This document shows positions 50,163 through 60,769 of a stretch of 64,000 bases of DNA, piece by piece (the first letter of the stretch is position 1; each line of letters opens with the position of its first letter). Source of the DNA: Escherichia coli (GTDB lineage: Bacteria > Pseudomonadota > Gammaproteobacteria > Enterobacterales > Enterobacteriaceae). Under the pieces are notes generated by a model. That model saw only the letters and a program-made list of their open reading frames with translations. It did not search any database and had not been told where the DNA came from. The stretch is from NCBI RefSeq assembly GCF_044324785.1, contig NZ_CP172127.1. One strand, written 5' to 3'. Both the position numbers and the translations under genes were made by a program.

Positions 50163-50354
50163 ATGAAAAAGTTCTTTCTACTGGCAGCGTTGGTGCTTGC
50201 GGGTTGCTCAAACACGACGTACACGGAAGCAACGCATCCCAACGGCACGACCGTAAAGCACATTTCTATCGCACCGGGTACGAAGATCACAACCGCAAGT
50301 GGTGGCTGTATCGACTCTGCCGGGGCTGCGGCTTCATGCCCATTGGATCAATGA
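50163..50354 (+). CDS. small lipoprotein (possible spanin-like lysis accessory)
   Basis: 63 aa, signal peptide with lipobox LAGC. Confidence 0.4.
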   Translation: MKKFFLLAALVLAGCSNTTYTEATHPNGTTVKHISIAPGTKITTASGGCIDSAGAAASCPLDQ

Positions 50355-50552
50355 GGGTAATTGGCATAGGCAATTTAACCGTATAAGTGCGCCTTCACCG
50401 GCTTCCTGCAAATAAGTGCATTTCGTAATTTATAAAGTTCTAAGAAGCAAGTCCATAAGCTTAACATTACAGCACAAACGATCTGTTTTTAGTTCTATGG
50501 GTGTTCTCTTTTTTCGGGAATATATTTTAGTAACCAGAATTAAATTCTAAAA

Positions 50553-50578
50553 GGCCTCGCAACTGCGGGGCTTTTTTA
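50553..50578 (+). terminator. rho-independent terminator
   Basis: CCTCGC-AACT-GCGGGG hairpin followed by CTTTTTT. Confidence 0.6.
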
Positions 50579-50730
50579 TATCCGTATTTCGCTGCGCACC
50601 GCATGCGCATATCAACCACCGAACCAAACCCTTTGGAATGAGCCGTTGAGGATGTCAGTTAGTGCTGGCGAGCCTCGGTGGGCTGACTTCCTATGCGGCA
50701 ACGGTTCATCTCAAAGAGTAGGTACACGCT

Positions 50731-51228
50731 ATGAAATCATTAACCCTCTTCAATCAACCAATCCGCGTCGGGGATGATGGCATGATCTGCCTCACCGACA
50801 TGTGGAAAGCCAGCGGCAAAAGTGACGCTGAATCGCCGTACCACTATCTGCGAAACAAGCAGACCAAAGAGTTCCTTGTCGAGCTGGAGAAAAACCACGA
50901 ATCTGTGGTTTTCACTGCCCGCGGCGTACACGGCGGAACCTATGGCGGGAAGTTTGTTGCTTACGATTATGCGGCTTGGTTAAACCCAGGGTTCAAGTAT
51001 GCAGCCTATAAAGTACTCGATGACTACTTCACCGGAGAGCTTCGGCATCGTAATAGCTTAAGTGCGCAGCTCAACATGAAGTGTTATGAGTTTGACCAGA
51101 AGAAAGACATGGCGAGCTTCTGTGGGCAAGGACTCGCGGCATGGCGTTATACAAAGCCTGTGCTGATCGCTGAGATGAACACCTTGGCAAACCAACTGCA
51201 GATTACGCTCCCTGGACTTCCTGGATGA
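50731..51228 (+). CDS. KilA-N domain protein
   Basis: 165 aa; N-terminal pattern consistent with KilA-N DNA-binding domain. Confidence 0.6.
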   Translation: MKSLTLFNQPIRVGDDGMICLTDMWKASGKSDAESPYHYLRNKQTKEFLVELEKNHESVVFTARGVHGGTYGGKFVAYDYAAWLNPGFKYAAYKVLDDYFTGELRHRNSLSAQLNMKCYEFDQKKDMASFCGQGLAAWRYTKPVLIAEMNTLANQLQITLPGLPG

Positions 51229-51467
51229 GTAATCGCGTCATCGAATGCGCCTCCAGAGCGGGGCGTGACTTCTCAGAGTTCATGAAAGGCGAGAAGGGTA
51301 TGGAGGACGCGCTGTCCTCGGTGAATCAGTTTGGCGAGCAGATTCGACTCAACGGCTGCGTCAATCATCACTTTGTCAGTTACATGATGCGTAACGCGAT
51401 CATGCAGGCATTCATGGACATGGCAAGCACTGAGAAAAAAGAAGAGCGCCGACGTAAACGAGCGTAA
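51225..51467 (+). CDS. hypothetical protein
   Basis: 80-aa ORF overlapping previous stop. Confidence 0.35.
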   Translation: MSNRVIECASRAGRDFSEFMKGEKGMEDALSSVNQFGEQIRLNGCVNHHFVSYMMRNAIMQAFMDMASTEKKEERRRKRA

Positions 51468-51617
51468 GCAAAAGCTGAGTAGTCATTCCAAAGCTCATCC
51501 CCGGGCGGGCTTGATAATGGATAGTCATCACAGATTTAAAATGTGGCAATGAAGTCTCTTTAATAAGCCAATTCTTAGCATTATTCTGACCTCTCCAATT
51601 GAAAAGGAGGTTGAGTA

Positions 51618-51809
51618 ATGTCAGATGAAATCCGTCGCTGTAAAATCGTCAGTATGTATGAACAACCCGAGGGAACGTTCATTAAGTTCGCTCCAGTGAA
51701 ATTCTATGACGAAGGCAACAACCCTCATGTCGGCGAGCAAGCAATCGTAGAGATGGATAACGGCAAAGTGATTACCGTAAACCCGGGTGAGATTCACTTT
51801 ATTAAATAG
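51618..51809 (+). CDS. hypothetical small protein
   Basis: 63-aa ORF with AAGGAGG RBS, followed by terminator. Confidence 0.45.
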   Translation: MSDEIRRCKIVSMYEQPEGTFIKFAPVKFYDEGNNPHVGEQAIVEMDNGKVITVNPGEIHFIK

Positions 51810-51830
51810 TGACAAAACTGATTGTGATGA

Positions 51831-51852
51831 AACCCACTGCGGTGGGTTTTTT
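51831..51852 (+). terminator. rho-independent terminator
   Basis: CCCAC-TGCG-GTGGG hairpin followed by TTTTTT. Confidence 0.7.
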
Positions 51853-51917
51853 ATTGCCATCACCATGGGCAGACCCATCGTAATGGCAAAAGCAGGGCGA
51901 GGTTATCGCCCTGTGTC

Positions 51918-52187
51918 TTAACCGCGTGCCTCACGACCCTCCTCGTCCTCAGGTACACGATATCGCCAGTATTTGTCCGGCCTAACCCAAACAACATCCC
52001 CGCCGCTATCAACTCTGAACTTATTTATGACTTTTGTTGAAAGTGCTTGGTTGCCGTCTGCATTTTCCTTCAAATGTTGCTCATTACCAACTTTGACCAA
52101 ATAATCAACGACGTCCTGCTGGTATAAGCATCCATCTTTTTGCAGTGCAGATAACATCCAATTTGATACATCTGCAACATCTAACAC
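51918..52187 (-). CDS. hypothetical protein (moron, opposite strand to late genes)
   Basis: 89-aa ORF downstream of DUF2158-like gene. Confidence 0.4.
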   Translation of the reverse strand: MLDVADVSNWMLSALQKDGCLYQQDVVDYLVKVGNEQHLKENADGNQALSTKVINKFRVDSGGDVVWVRPDKYWRYRVPEDEEGREARG

Positions 52188-52201
52188 AGTGGTTGATTGG
52201 G

Positions 52202-52420
52202 TTATGGCTTTGGGATGAATTTATCTAACGACTCTTCTGGGAAATTACCACTGTCTAATTTCCTTCCTGCAAACCATTGGCAACGGTAGTTACCATTGAA
52301 GGTATCCGATAAGGTAGTAAGTGGTTTTTCAACAGTCATTGCTGGGCCACCTGATTTCAATACGACTAGCTCCCCTTTATTAAATTTTGCAACTGGAGTT
52401 TGTGAAGGTGCTTTAGCCAT
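52202..52420 (-). CDS. DUF2158 (YodC-like) small protein
   Basis: 72 aa; GELVVLKSGGPAMTV motif. Confidence 0.55.
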   Translation of the reverse strand: MAKAPSQTPVAKFNKGELVVLKSGGPAMTVEKPLTTLSDTFNGNYRCQWFAGRKLDSGNFPEESLDKFIPKP

Positions 52421-52757
52421 TTTATGTCCTTAAAAGTTAGTGATATGACAATGATTAGATGGCGACAATAGGTATAAATTTCAATAATAACAACTTGACT
52501 TAGCTCACAAAATTTAAAGGAAATCTTATGGCAAAACCGGACTGGGGAGCACTGCAACACCAGTTCCTCGCCGTCCATGCCAAAACGGGTATATCACCGA
52601 AAGAATGGTGTGACGCGTAGGGACTGAGCTTCGCAACAGCCGCCGACGTATAAAAAACAATTGCGCAATGTGCCAAAGAGCTGGTGCCTGATGTAAGAGA
52701 CGTTTTACTTAAACGAGAGGCCGCCTTTTTGTTTTAAGACGGCACACCTTCAACAGG

Positions 52758-53003
52758 TTAAGGTAACCGATTTGACCATTTAGTTGCGCGCCAGTTGTTC
52801 TGAATCATAATCTCCTCGAGTATCTCATCTGAAGGCTCTGCTTCGCCGCTTAACCATTCTCTTAAAGTTGGACAATGCAGGTAAGAGGAGTTCGCACGAT
52901 AAAAAGATACGATGGTTTCCTCTGATAACTTCTCAGGAAATTTTTTGGGGTCAGCTTCTTTTAATATTACGCTCATTAAGGCTTCGATTTTTTCTTTGTT
53001 CAT
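52758..53003 (-). CDS. hypothetical protein (AT-rich moron)
   Basis: 81-aa ORF. Confidence 0.35.
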   Translation of the reverse strand: MNKEKIEALMSVILKEADPKKFPEKLSEETIVSFYRANSSYLHCPTLREWLSGEAEPSDEILEEIMIQNNWRATKWSNRLP

Positions 53004-53374
53004 TTTTTTGTGTGCTCATGGTTGTTGCTTTTCTGTAAGAATATCAATAATTTCAAGATATATACACATAGGGAAAACTTTGTTCGGTAGTCTATCGATA
53101 CAGCGCAAAAGGATGGCTCGCTGCCAAAGTGAAAGCTTACGCTGATAATGAGATACACAAAGCTGATGTATGCAAACAAGTACGCCGCGAGGCTACAGTC
53201 GAGTTTGATGAACCTGATGCGAGCCCCCGATTCCTGTCCTGAAAGGGATATAGCCCCCCTGGTCGCGGGTCCTTTCCGAAATTCAAAACACCGAGGGTCG
53301 GTAGACGCGCAAAAACTCACTCGTTTTTAGTATTTTTTCATTTTGGGTATTTCCGGTTCCGGTGAGGATTTTTA

Positions 53375-53941
53375 ATGGCAAGTCAGGCTGAGGTCGCAGC
53401 ACATTTACTGCTATCTGATCGTCGTCTGCGCGATCTTGCAAAACTTCCGGGAGCCCCAGTCCCCCAAGGACGTGGCGATTGGGAACTTGACGCATGGCGC
53501 CATTTTTATATTCGTTATCTCCGGAGCAATAGACGCGACACAACTAGTAATGACGAACCGGAAGCTGGGGACAATTCTCCCGAAAAAAATCGCGAGCAGT
53601 GGTTGAAAAATGAGGAACGGCAGGAGCGAATCCTGATGGCTCGCGTGAAACGCCGCATTCTTGCTAAACGCTACGCGCCAATTGAATTAATCAGCGTATC
53701 TGTATCTCGCGTCGCAGTTGAATTACGTACCCGTGTCGAATCGTGGCCACCACGGTTAAAAAAGGTGTGGCCGGAAATGCCGCAGGAGGCGAGCAGTGTA
53801 TTACGAGAGGAGCTGGCAATAGCCCTGAATGAACTGGCAGACATACGAATCGACTTCAGCGATTACGATGTCAGCGATATCGAACGCGATCTCGACAGGG
53901 TTGAATCCCTTGCGCGTGACGATACCGATGACGGGGGTTGA
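53375..53941 (+). CDS. putative terminase small subunit
   Basis: 188 aa directly upstream of and overlapping the terminase large subunit gene. Confidence 0.5.
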   Translation: MASQAEVAAHLLLSDRRLRDLAKLPGAPVPQGRGDWELDAWRHFYIRYLRSNRRDTTSNDEPEAGDNSPEKNREQWLKNEERQERILMARVKRRILAKRYAPIELISVSVSRVAVELRTRVESWPPRLKKVWPEMPQEASSVLREELAIALNELADIRIDFSDYDVSDIERDLDRVESLARDDTDDGG

Positions 53942-55790
53942 GTGGGCTGATAAACATTTTTATCTTCCCGAAGGCTCAAGCCATATTGCTGGCCACTGGA
54001 CGACTCAGCCGGTCCAGGTAGTGATGTTAAATATGATGACTAACGACGCGATAAAAATCGTGTCTGTTCGCAAATCAGCTCGTCTCGGTTATACAAAAAT
54101 ACTCGTCGCGGCGCTGCTCTATTTCGCTGAGCACAAAAAACGTAGTGCCGTGGTCTATCAGCCTATCGATGACGAATCGGATGGATTTGTCGCCGACGAG
54201 GTTGACCCCGCTATCGCCGAAATGCCGGTGATTCAGAAAATTTTCCCAGACTGGGATAAAAGCAACGAGCGTAACAATCTCCAGCGCAAAGAGATGAGCG
54301 GCGCAATTATTGATTTTCGCGGCGCGAGTACGCCGGGGAATTTTCGTCGACTGACGAAACAGGTTGTCGAAGGTGACGAGGTCGACGGCTGGCCGCTGGA
54401 GGTCGCTAAAAAAGGTAAAGGCGAAGGCTCGCCAATTGAGCTGGCGCTCGTTCGAATTAAGGGCGCAGCATACCCGAAAGCGATTTTTGGTTCGACGCCG
54501 ACCGTTACTGGCAAAAGCCATATAGAAATGTTGGAAGACGCGGCTGATCTGACGTTTCGTTTTTACCTGAAGTGTCCGCATTGTGGCGAGGAGCAGGTCC
54601 TGGTATTTGGTTTCGACGGTATCGAATACGGTCTCAAGTGGGATGACAGCCTGCAGACCAACGAGTCGAAATCGTCGTCCGCGTATTACCAGTGCTGCCA
54701 CTGCCCGGAGCATTTTTACTATCGCGATCTCGAAAAAATGGAGCTCGGGGGGCGCTGGATAGCCGAGGACTGCACCTGGACCCGAGACGGAATCCATTTT
54801 TTTGATCATGACAGTGGCGTCGTTCGCGCGCCGAAACACGCGGCGATCGTGATAAACGCCCTGTATTCACTAAACCTTGATGGATGGGGCGAGATTGTCA
54901 GCGAGTGGCTGAAAGCGAAGGGCGACCCACTCAAAGAAAAAACGTTTCATAACACGACGCTCGGCGAGCTTTGGAGCGACGTGGCCAGCGAGCAGCTGGA
55001 GCACGATATTCTGGTTAATCGCCGGGAAAAATACGCCAGCCAGGTTCCTGACGGTGTTGTTTATATAACCGGCGGCATCGACTCTCAGACGTCCGGGCGC
55101 TACGAGTGTTACGTGTGGGGCTGGGGAGCTGAGGAAGAGTGCTGGCTGATTGATAAAACAATCGTCCTCGGTCGCTACGACGAAGAGGACACGCTGCAGC
55201 GTGTCGACGGAGTGATTCGCAAACAATACCGGCGCAGCGACGGGACCACAATCGGCGTCAGCCGCTGGGCGTGGGATACCGGCGGTATAGATGCGCAGGT
55301 TGTTTATAACCGCTCGCTGAAACTCGGTCCGCTGTGGGTCATTCCAATTAAAGGCGCAAGCTCATACGGCCAGCCAGTCGTAAATATGCCGCGTACACGT
55401 AACGCGAATAAAGTTTATTTGTCGTTAATCGGTACTGACACAGCAAAAGATTTGCTCGCGATGCGCCTGCCACTGGAACCAGACCCAAAATCAGCGACAC
55501 CGGGTGCAATTCATTTTCCAAACGACGACGAAAAATTCGGCACAACAGAGGCAAAACAGCTCGTCTCTGAAGTTCTGATCCCGAAACTCATTAACGGTCG
55601 CGTCGTTTACCGCTGGGACAACCAGGGGCGGCGAAATGAGGCGCTCGACTGCTGGGTATACGGGCTGGCAGCGCTGCGTATCAGTAAAATTCGTTTCCAG
55701 CTCAATCTCGAGACGCTCGCTGAGCAACGGAAAAAATCACAAAACAAACTGTCTCTCGAGGAGATGGCGAGAATGCTCGGAGGGAGCTAA
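53829..55790 (+). CDS. terminase large subunit, lambda gpA-like (start uncertain: 53829, 53868 or 53928)
   Basis: TGVEWADKHFYLP..., Walker A-like region, CPHCGEEQ zinc motif, IPIKGAS and NEALDCWVY resemble lambda gpA. Confidence 0.9.
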   Translation: MNWQTYESTSAITMSAISNAISTGLNPLRVTIPMTGVEWADKHFYLPEGSSHIAGHWTTQPVQVVMLNMMTNDAIKIVSVRKSARLGYTKILVAALLYFAEHKKRSAVVYQPIDDESDGFVADEVDPAIAEMPVIQKIFPDWDKSNERNNLQRKEMSGAIIDFRGASTPGNFRRLTKQVVEGDEVDGWPLEVAKKGKGEGSPIELALVRIKGAAYPKAIFGSTPTVTGKSHIEMLEDAADLTFRFYLKCPHCGEEQVLVFGFDGIEYGLKWDDSLQTNESKSSSAYYQCCHCPEHFYYRDLEKMELGGRWIAEDCTWTRDGIHFFDHDSGVVRAPKHAAIVINALYSLNLDGWGEIVSEWLKAKGDPLKEKTFHNTTLGELWSDVASEQLEHDILVNRREKYASQVPDGVVYITGGIDSQTSGRYECYVWGWGAEEECWLIDKTIVLGRYDEEDTLQRVDGVIRKQYRRSDGTTIGVSRWAWDTGGIDAQVVYNRSLKLGPLWVIPIKGASSYGQPVVNMPRTRNANKVYLSLIGTDTAKDLLAMRLPLEPDPKSATPGAIHFPNDDEKFGTTEAKQLVSEVLIPKLINGRVVYRWDNQGRRNEALDCWVYGLAALRISKIRFQLNLETLAEQRKKSQNKLSLEEMARMLGGS

Positions 55791-56023
55791 TGACCGCGCG
55801 CGAGGTTTTAACAGAACGGCTGCTGGAAGCGGAAATCGCTCTGCACAAATTATTAACGGGTAAATCGACCGTGTCGCTGTCTCACGGCGATTCAGCGGGA
55901 AATAACCGGAGCTATCAGTACTCCCAGGCGAGTATTGAACAGCTCCGAACGTACATTATCGAGCTGAAATCACAGCTCGGTCTGAGTACGGGACGCCGCC
56001 GTCCCGTGGGAGTTCGATTATGA
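55790..56023 (+). CDS. head-tail joining protein, lambda gpW-like
   Basis: 77 aa; resembles gpW (…LHKLLTGK…YIIELKSQLG…RRRP). Confidence 0.7.
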   Translation: MTAREVLTERLLEAEIALHKLLTGKSTVSLSHGDSAGNNRSYQYSQASIEQLRTYIIELKSQLGLSTGRRRPVGVRL

Positions 56024-57594
56024 CTGCTCCACAGCAGCTGCTCGGGCCTGACGGTAAAACGCCACTACGCCGTTTTGCGGGGTATAACGGCGGCGGTCCC
56101 GGTTTCGGTGGCCAGCTGATTGACTGGAATGCGCCACAGCAAAGCGCCGATGCGGCACTGCTGCCTAATTTTTATCGCGGTAACGCGCGAGCAGACGATC
56201 TCGTTCGCAATAACGGTGTCGCGTCGAACGCCGTGCAGCTGCACCAGGATCATATTGTCGGCAATCTGTTTAAATTGAGTTATCGCCCTAACTGGCGTTA
56301 CCTAGGGATATCTCGCGAGGACGCCAGGGCGCTGGCGCGTGACGTTGAGGTCGCGTGGACTGAATACGCTGAGGACCCTCACTGCACGATTGATATCGAG
56401 CGGAAACGGACGTTCACAATGATGATCCGCGAGGGTGTGGCCACTCACGCGTTTAACGGTGAAACCTGCGTACAACCGGTCTGGGAAAGCAGTACCGGTA
56501 GCGTTTTTCGGACGCGATTCAAAATGGTTTCGCCGAAACGGATTCGAAATCCGGGTTACGCAGCTGACACCCGATTTCGCCGCGCCGGTGTTGATATCGA
56601 TAAAAATGGAGCCGCAGTGGGCTACTGGATAGCCGAGGACACCTATCCACTCGGTGGAATCGGCAAGTGCCGGCGTATACCAGCGCAGCTCAGCAGCGGC
56701 AGACACGCATTCATTCACATATTCGAGCCGCTCGAGGACGGACAGACCCGCGGAGATAACATTTTCTACAGCGTCATGGAGCGCCTGAAAATGCTCGACA
56801 CACTGCAGCAAACACAGCTGCAGAGCGCGATTGTTAAGGCCATGTACGCCGCGACAATCGAATCAGAGCTCGATAGTCAGCAAGCGTTTGAATATATCGC
56901 CGGCGCGGGTACTGATATCGACTCGAACCCACTGAATTCGTTTATTCAGAGTTACGTGACGTACTACAACGGCGCAAATATCAAGCTCGGTGGTGTGAAA
57001 GTTCCTCATCTGCATCCCGGCGACAAACTCAGTTTACAGACCGCTCAGAATGCTGATGCTGGTTTTAGTTCACTGGAAAAATCACTCCTGCGTTACGTTG
57101 CAGCTGGCGTTGGCGCGTCATACGAAGAACTTAGCCGGGACTACAGCCAGGTCAGTTACTCCAGCGCCCGGGCCAGTGCTAACGTCAGCTGGCGATTTTT
57201 CATGGGGCGTCGACGTTTTATCGCCGCGCGACAGGCTTCGCTGATGTTCTGCTGCTGGTTTGAGGAGGCGCTGGCGCGCGGGATTATCACTCTGCCCCGC
57301 TCCGCGGTTCGGTCGTTTTACGAGGCGCGGAACTCCTGGACGAATGCCCTCTGGATCGGCGCTGGACGTATGGCCATCGATGGGCTGAAGGAGGTTCAGG
57401 AGAGCGCCATGAGAATCACGACCGGCCTCAGCACGTATCAGAACGAACTGGCGCTGCAGGGACAGGATTACGAGGAGGTTATGGAGCAACAGGAATACGA
57501 AATTCAGCGCCGGCGTGAAATGGGGCTGAGCGAACCGTCATGGTCTGTATCTCACTCCTCAAATACCAACGATAACGGCTGGGGAGGTAACTGA
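56020..57594 (+). CDS. portal protein, lambda gpB-like
   Basis: 524 aa; extensive similarity to lambda gpB (LLGPDGKTPLRRFAGYNGGGPGFGGQL, LPNFYRGNARADDLVRNNG, FEPLEDGQTRG). Confidence 0.9.
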   Translation: MTAPQQLLGPDGKTPLRRFAGYNGGGPGFGGQLIDWNAPQQSADAALLPNFYRGNARADDLVRNNGVASNAVQLHQDHIVGNLFKLSYRPNWRYLGISREDARALARDVEVAWTEYAEDPHCTIDIERKRTFTMMIREGVATHAFNGETCVQPVWESSTGSVFRTRFKMVSPKRIRNPGYAADTRFRRAGVDIDKNGAAVGYWIAEDTYPLGGIGKCRRIPAQLSSGRHAFIHIFEPLEDGQTRGDNIFYSVMERLKMLDTLQQTQLQSAIVKAMYAATIESELDSQQAFEYIAGAGTDIDSNPLNSFIQSYVTYYNGANIKLGGVKVPHLHPGDKLSLQTAQNADAGFSSLEKSLLRYVAAGVGASYEELSRDYSQVSYSSARASANVSWRFFMGRRRFIAARQASLMFCCWFEEALARGIITLPRSAVRSFYEARNSWTNALWIGAGRMAIDGLKEVQESAMRITTGLSTYQNELALQGQDYEEVMEQQEYEIQRRREMGLSEPSWSVSHSSNTNDNGWGGN

Positions 57595-58901
57595 TGCCGT
57601 GGAACAATTTTCCGCACCTCGCCGCCAGGGCGTTCAATCAACCGCTTTTGCTGGAGCCCGCCTACGCGCGGGTGTTTTTTTCAGCGCTGAGCGACCGGTT
57701 CGGTACCGGGCGACTGATTGATACAGCGTCCGGAGAGGTAATGAACAGCGACGAAATGAACGCGCTCGCGATGGGGTGGGACAGCAGCGAGCGAACACGC
57801 CAGAAATCGTATCGCGTGGAGCGTGGTATAGCCGTTCTGCCTGTTACCGGGACGCTGGTTCATAAATTGGGTTATATCAATCCGGTCAGCGGGATGAGCG
57901 GTTACGACGGAATCGCAAAACGTCTGCAGCAGGCGATTTCTGATCCCGATGTTAAGGGGGTCTTGCTGGATATTGACTCCCCTGGCGGTGAGGTCGCCGG
58001 CGCGTTTGATACCGCTGATCTAATCGCCCGGGCGCGAGAGCAAAAACCGGTGTGGGCGCTGGCCAGCGATACGGCCTGCAGCGCCGCCTATTTGCTGGCG
58101 TCAGCGTGCTCGCGCAGGCTGATAACGCAGACCGGCACGGTTGGTTCAATCGGTGTCCTGATGGCTCACCGCTGCGTCGAAAAAGCGCTGGAGATTGCTG
58201 GCGTTGACGTGACGCTGATTTACGCCGGTGCACGCAAGGTCGACGGAAATCCTTACTCACAGCTGCCCGACGACGTTCGCGACGAATTCCAGCTGAGTAT
58301 TAACAGCACGCGCGAGCAGTTCGCGCAAAAAGTCTCGGATTATACCGGGCTGAAAAAATCCAGGGTGCTGGCCACTGAGGCCGCAGTATTTATCGGCGCG
58401 GACGCGATTAAATCTGGTCTCGCTGATCAACTCGTTAATTACGCGGACGCTATTGCAGTGATGGCCGACGCACTGAAACCAAAAATGGAGCGATTTATGC
58501 CAGGTACAGAAACCACGGCGGAGACCACGACCACAGAACAAACCGCGGCCACGACTACGGTCGCGCAGATTGAGTTCAACGAGAAACAGATTCGCGCTGA
58601 CGCTGTGTCGAGCGAACTGGCGCGCGTGATGGCCATCATCAATTGTCCCGAGGCCGTCGGGCGCGAGGCGCAGGCAAAAGCGCTCGCCGGCGTCCCCGGG
58701 ATGACCGTCGAGCAGGCGCAGCTGGTCCTCGCGGCAGCACCGCAAACGGCGCAGGCGCGGACAGAAACGGCGCTCGATACACTAATGAGCACTGAATCAC
58801 CGGCGACTATTCAGGATGCCGGCAGCATTACGGCAACAGGAACAACCGCAAACGTCTCGATGCTTGTCGCGGCAGGGCGTTCAATTTTAGGGGATGAATG
58901 A
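57594..58901 (+). CDS. prohead protease/scaffold, lambda gpC-like (S49 peptidase family)
   Basis: 435 aa; SppA/S49-like region GVLLDIDSPGGEVAG...SIGVLMAH. Confidence 0.85.
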   Translation: MPWNNFPHLAARAFNQPLLLEPAYARVFFSALSDRFGTGRLIDTASGEVMNSDEMNALAMGWDSSERTRQKSYRVERGIAVLPVTGTLVHKLGYINPVSGMSGYDGIAKRLQQAISDPDVKGVLLDIDSPGGEVAGAFDTADLIARAREQKPVWALASDTACSAAYLLASACSRRLITQTGTVGSIGVLMAHRCVEKALEIAGVDVTLIYAGARKVDGNPYSQLPDDVRDEFQLSINSTREQFAQKVSDYTGLKKSRVLATEAAVFIGADAIKSGLADQLVNYADAIAVMADALKPKMERFMPGTETTAETTTTEQTAATTTVAQIEFNEKQIRADAVSSELARVMAIINCPEAVGREAQAKALAGVPGMTVEQAQLVLAAAPQTAQARTETALDTLMSTESPATIQDAGSITATGTTANVSMLVAAGRSILGDE

Positions 58902-59230
58902 TGACCACAGAAACGTATAGCCCGGATGATTTTATTCTGGGACCTGATCTCGTTGTGACGACCGTCGGTCATTTTCAGGGTGGGATCAACGTACCCCGGC
59001 TGACACCGATTATGCTAGACGCTACCGCCGGCACGTTTAAAGTCTGGGACGGTTCAGTCGGTAAGGCCATTGGCCTCACAGCCACCGCAGTTAATACGGG
59101 TTCCAGTTCTGCAGACTGCTCGTACTACAAATCAGGCTCGTTCCGTTACACGGCGATCAATTGGGGTACGGTTACCGACGTAGCTAAACGCAAATCAGCG
59201 TTTGCTGGTACGCCAGTCAGCGTCGGCTGA
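58898..59230 (+). CDS. head decoration protein, lambda gpD-like
   Basis: 110 aa; LTPIMLDATAG...YKSGSFRY...SAFAGT resembles gpD. Confidence 0.8.
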   Translation: MMTTETYSPDDFILGPDLVVTTVGHFQGGINVPRLTPIMLDATAGTFKVWDGSVGKAIGLTATAVNTGSSSADCSYYKSGSFRYTAINWGTVTDVAKRKSAFAGTPVSVG

Positions 59231-59288
59231 TGGCAAAAAAACTCAAAACAAGCCGCCTCCGGGCGGTTTTTTTATACAGGATATCTAA

Positions 59289-60323
59289 ATGAGCGATTCG
59301 TTTACTACGTCAGAACTCATTACCGCGACACAGCAGGTATTTAAGTTCAATCCGTTATTTTTAAGACTTTTTTTTCGTGAGACATACACGTTTACGAGCG
59401 AAGAGGTTTTTCTGGATAAAATCCCGGGAAAAGTGAACATGGCCGTGTACTGCGCGCCGATGATCACCGGCAAAGTTGACCGCACTCGCGGCTATTCAAC
59501 GAACCATTTCAAACCGGGTTACACGAAGCCGAAACACACGATCAATCCGAATATGAGCATCAAGCGCGCCGCAGGTGAGCAGATTGGCCAGCCGGAAACG
59601 CCGGTCGAACGTCGTGCAAAAATTATCATGCAGAACCTGCTCGACGAGGAGCTCAGCATCAGTCAGCTCGAAGAGTTCCAGGCAGTGCAGGCGGTTCTGT
59701 ACGGTAAATACACCGTCTCTGGCAGCAATATCGAGACCTATGAGATCGATATGAGCCGCAGCGCGACGAATAACGTCACTCAGTCCGGTTCGACAGCTTG
59801 GTCGACTCAGGACGCAGAAACGTATGACCCGAGCGACGATATCGAATCCTATGCGGACCTCGCCTCCGGTGCTGTTAACGTGATAATTATGGACGGTAAA
59901 GCCTGGAAGCAGTTGAAGCGCTTTAAAAAATTCTGGACGACACTGGATACGCGCCGTGGCTCAAACAGCCAGCTCGAAGTCGCGCTGAAAAACCTGGGCG
60001 ATGTCGTTAGCTTTAAGGGCTATTACGGCGACACGGCGCTGTTCGTTTACAAGGGGCAATATATTGACCCTGTAACAGGCACTGAAACGCGTTATATGCC
60101 GGATAACACGATGATCCTGGGCAACACAAAAAATCGCGGACTCCGCACCTATGGCGCGATCCAGGACGAGGACGCGCTGAAAGAGGGTATCTGCGAGGCC
60201 ACGCGTTATCCAAAAGTCTGGACTACGACCGGCGATCCGGCAGTGACGCAGACAATGACCCAATCCGCGCCAGCGATGGTCCTCACCGACGCCGACGCGT
60301 TTGTCGTCGTAAAAATCGCGTAA
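59289..60323 (+). CDS. major capsid protein, lambda gpE-like
   Basis: 344 aa; FKFNPLFLRLFFRE, DTRRGSNSQLE, GLRTYGAIQD closely resemble lambda gpE. Confidence 0.9.
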   Translation: MSDSFTTSELITATQQVFKFNPLFLRLFFRETYTFTSEEVFLDKIPGKVNMAVYCAPMITGKVDRTRGYSTNHFKPGYTKPKHTINPNMSIKRAAGEQIGQPETPVERRAKIIMQNLLDEELSISQLEEFQAVQAVLYGKYTVSGSNIETYEIDMSRSATNNVTQSGSTAWSTQDAETYDPSDDIESYADLASGAVNVIIMDGKAWKQLKRFKKFWTTLDTRRGSNSQLEVALKNLGDVVSFKGYYGDTALFVYKGQYIDPVTGTETRYMPDNTMILGNTKNRGLRTYGAIQDEDALKEGICEATRYPKVWTTTGDPAVTQTMTQSAPAMVLTDADAFVVVKIA

Positions 60324-60355
60324 GAGCCGAAAGGCTCTTTTTTTAGGGAATTAGC

Positions 60356-60769
60356 ATGAGCACAAAAACAGAATTGCTGGCGCGCATTGACGATTTGAGC
60401 GCCCAGCTCGGTCGCGAATTGCCGCGCAGCGGGACTATTGCTGAACTGGAATCAATCGTCGCTGGCGCTGAGTCAGAGCTCGATATTCTGAACGAGCAAT
60501 CCGGTGACGCGAGTGATGCCAACATTAATGCGAACGCATCAGATGAAACTGATGATGACAGCGCAGAACAACCGTCAATCGCGAGCACGACGTCACAACC
60601 AGAACTGTCTCCCGCTACGCGCCGCGTTAAGCTGCGTAACACGCTGGATGTATATCACTACGTGAACGGGCGTCGCGTTCGCGAGATTGTTGCCGCTGGC
60701 CGTGAAATTGTTGTTGATTCACCAGAGGTTGCAGACCTCATCGCAGCTGATCACGTTTACGCTCTATGA
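60356..60769 (+). CDS. DNA packaging protein, lambda FI-like
   Basis: 137 aa; N-terminus resembles FI; position after major capsid gene. Confidence 0.55.
   Translation: MSTKTELLARIDDLSAQLGRELPRSGTIAELESIVAGAESELDILNEQSGDASDANINANASDETDDDSAEQPSIASTTSQPELSPATRRVKLRNTLDVYHYVNGRRVREIVAAGREIVVDSPEVADLIAADHVYAL

Noticed and set aside
52528-52620. Short ORF (MAKPDWGALQHQFLAVHAKTGISPKEWCDA) as a possible truncated terminase small-subunit remnant
   Set aside because: Only 30 codons; similarity to terminase small-subunit N-termini is from uncertain memory, so not annotated.
54075-57489. Minus-strand ORFs inside terminase and portal genes (e.g. 54075..54839, 56302..56811)
   Set aside because: Antisense to strongly supported structural genes.
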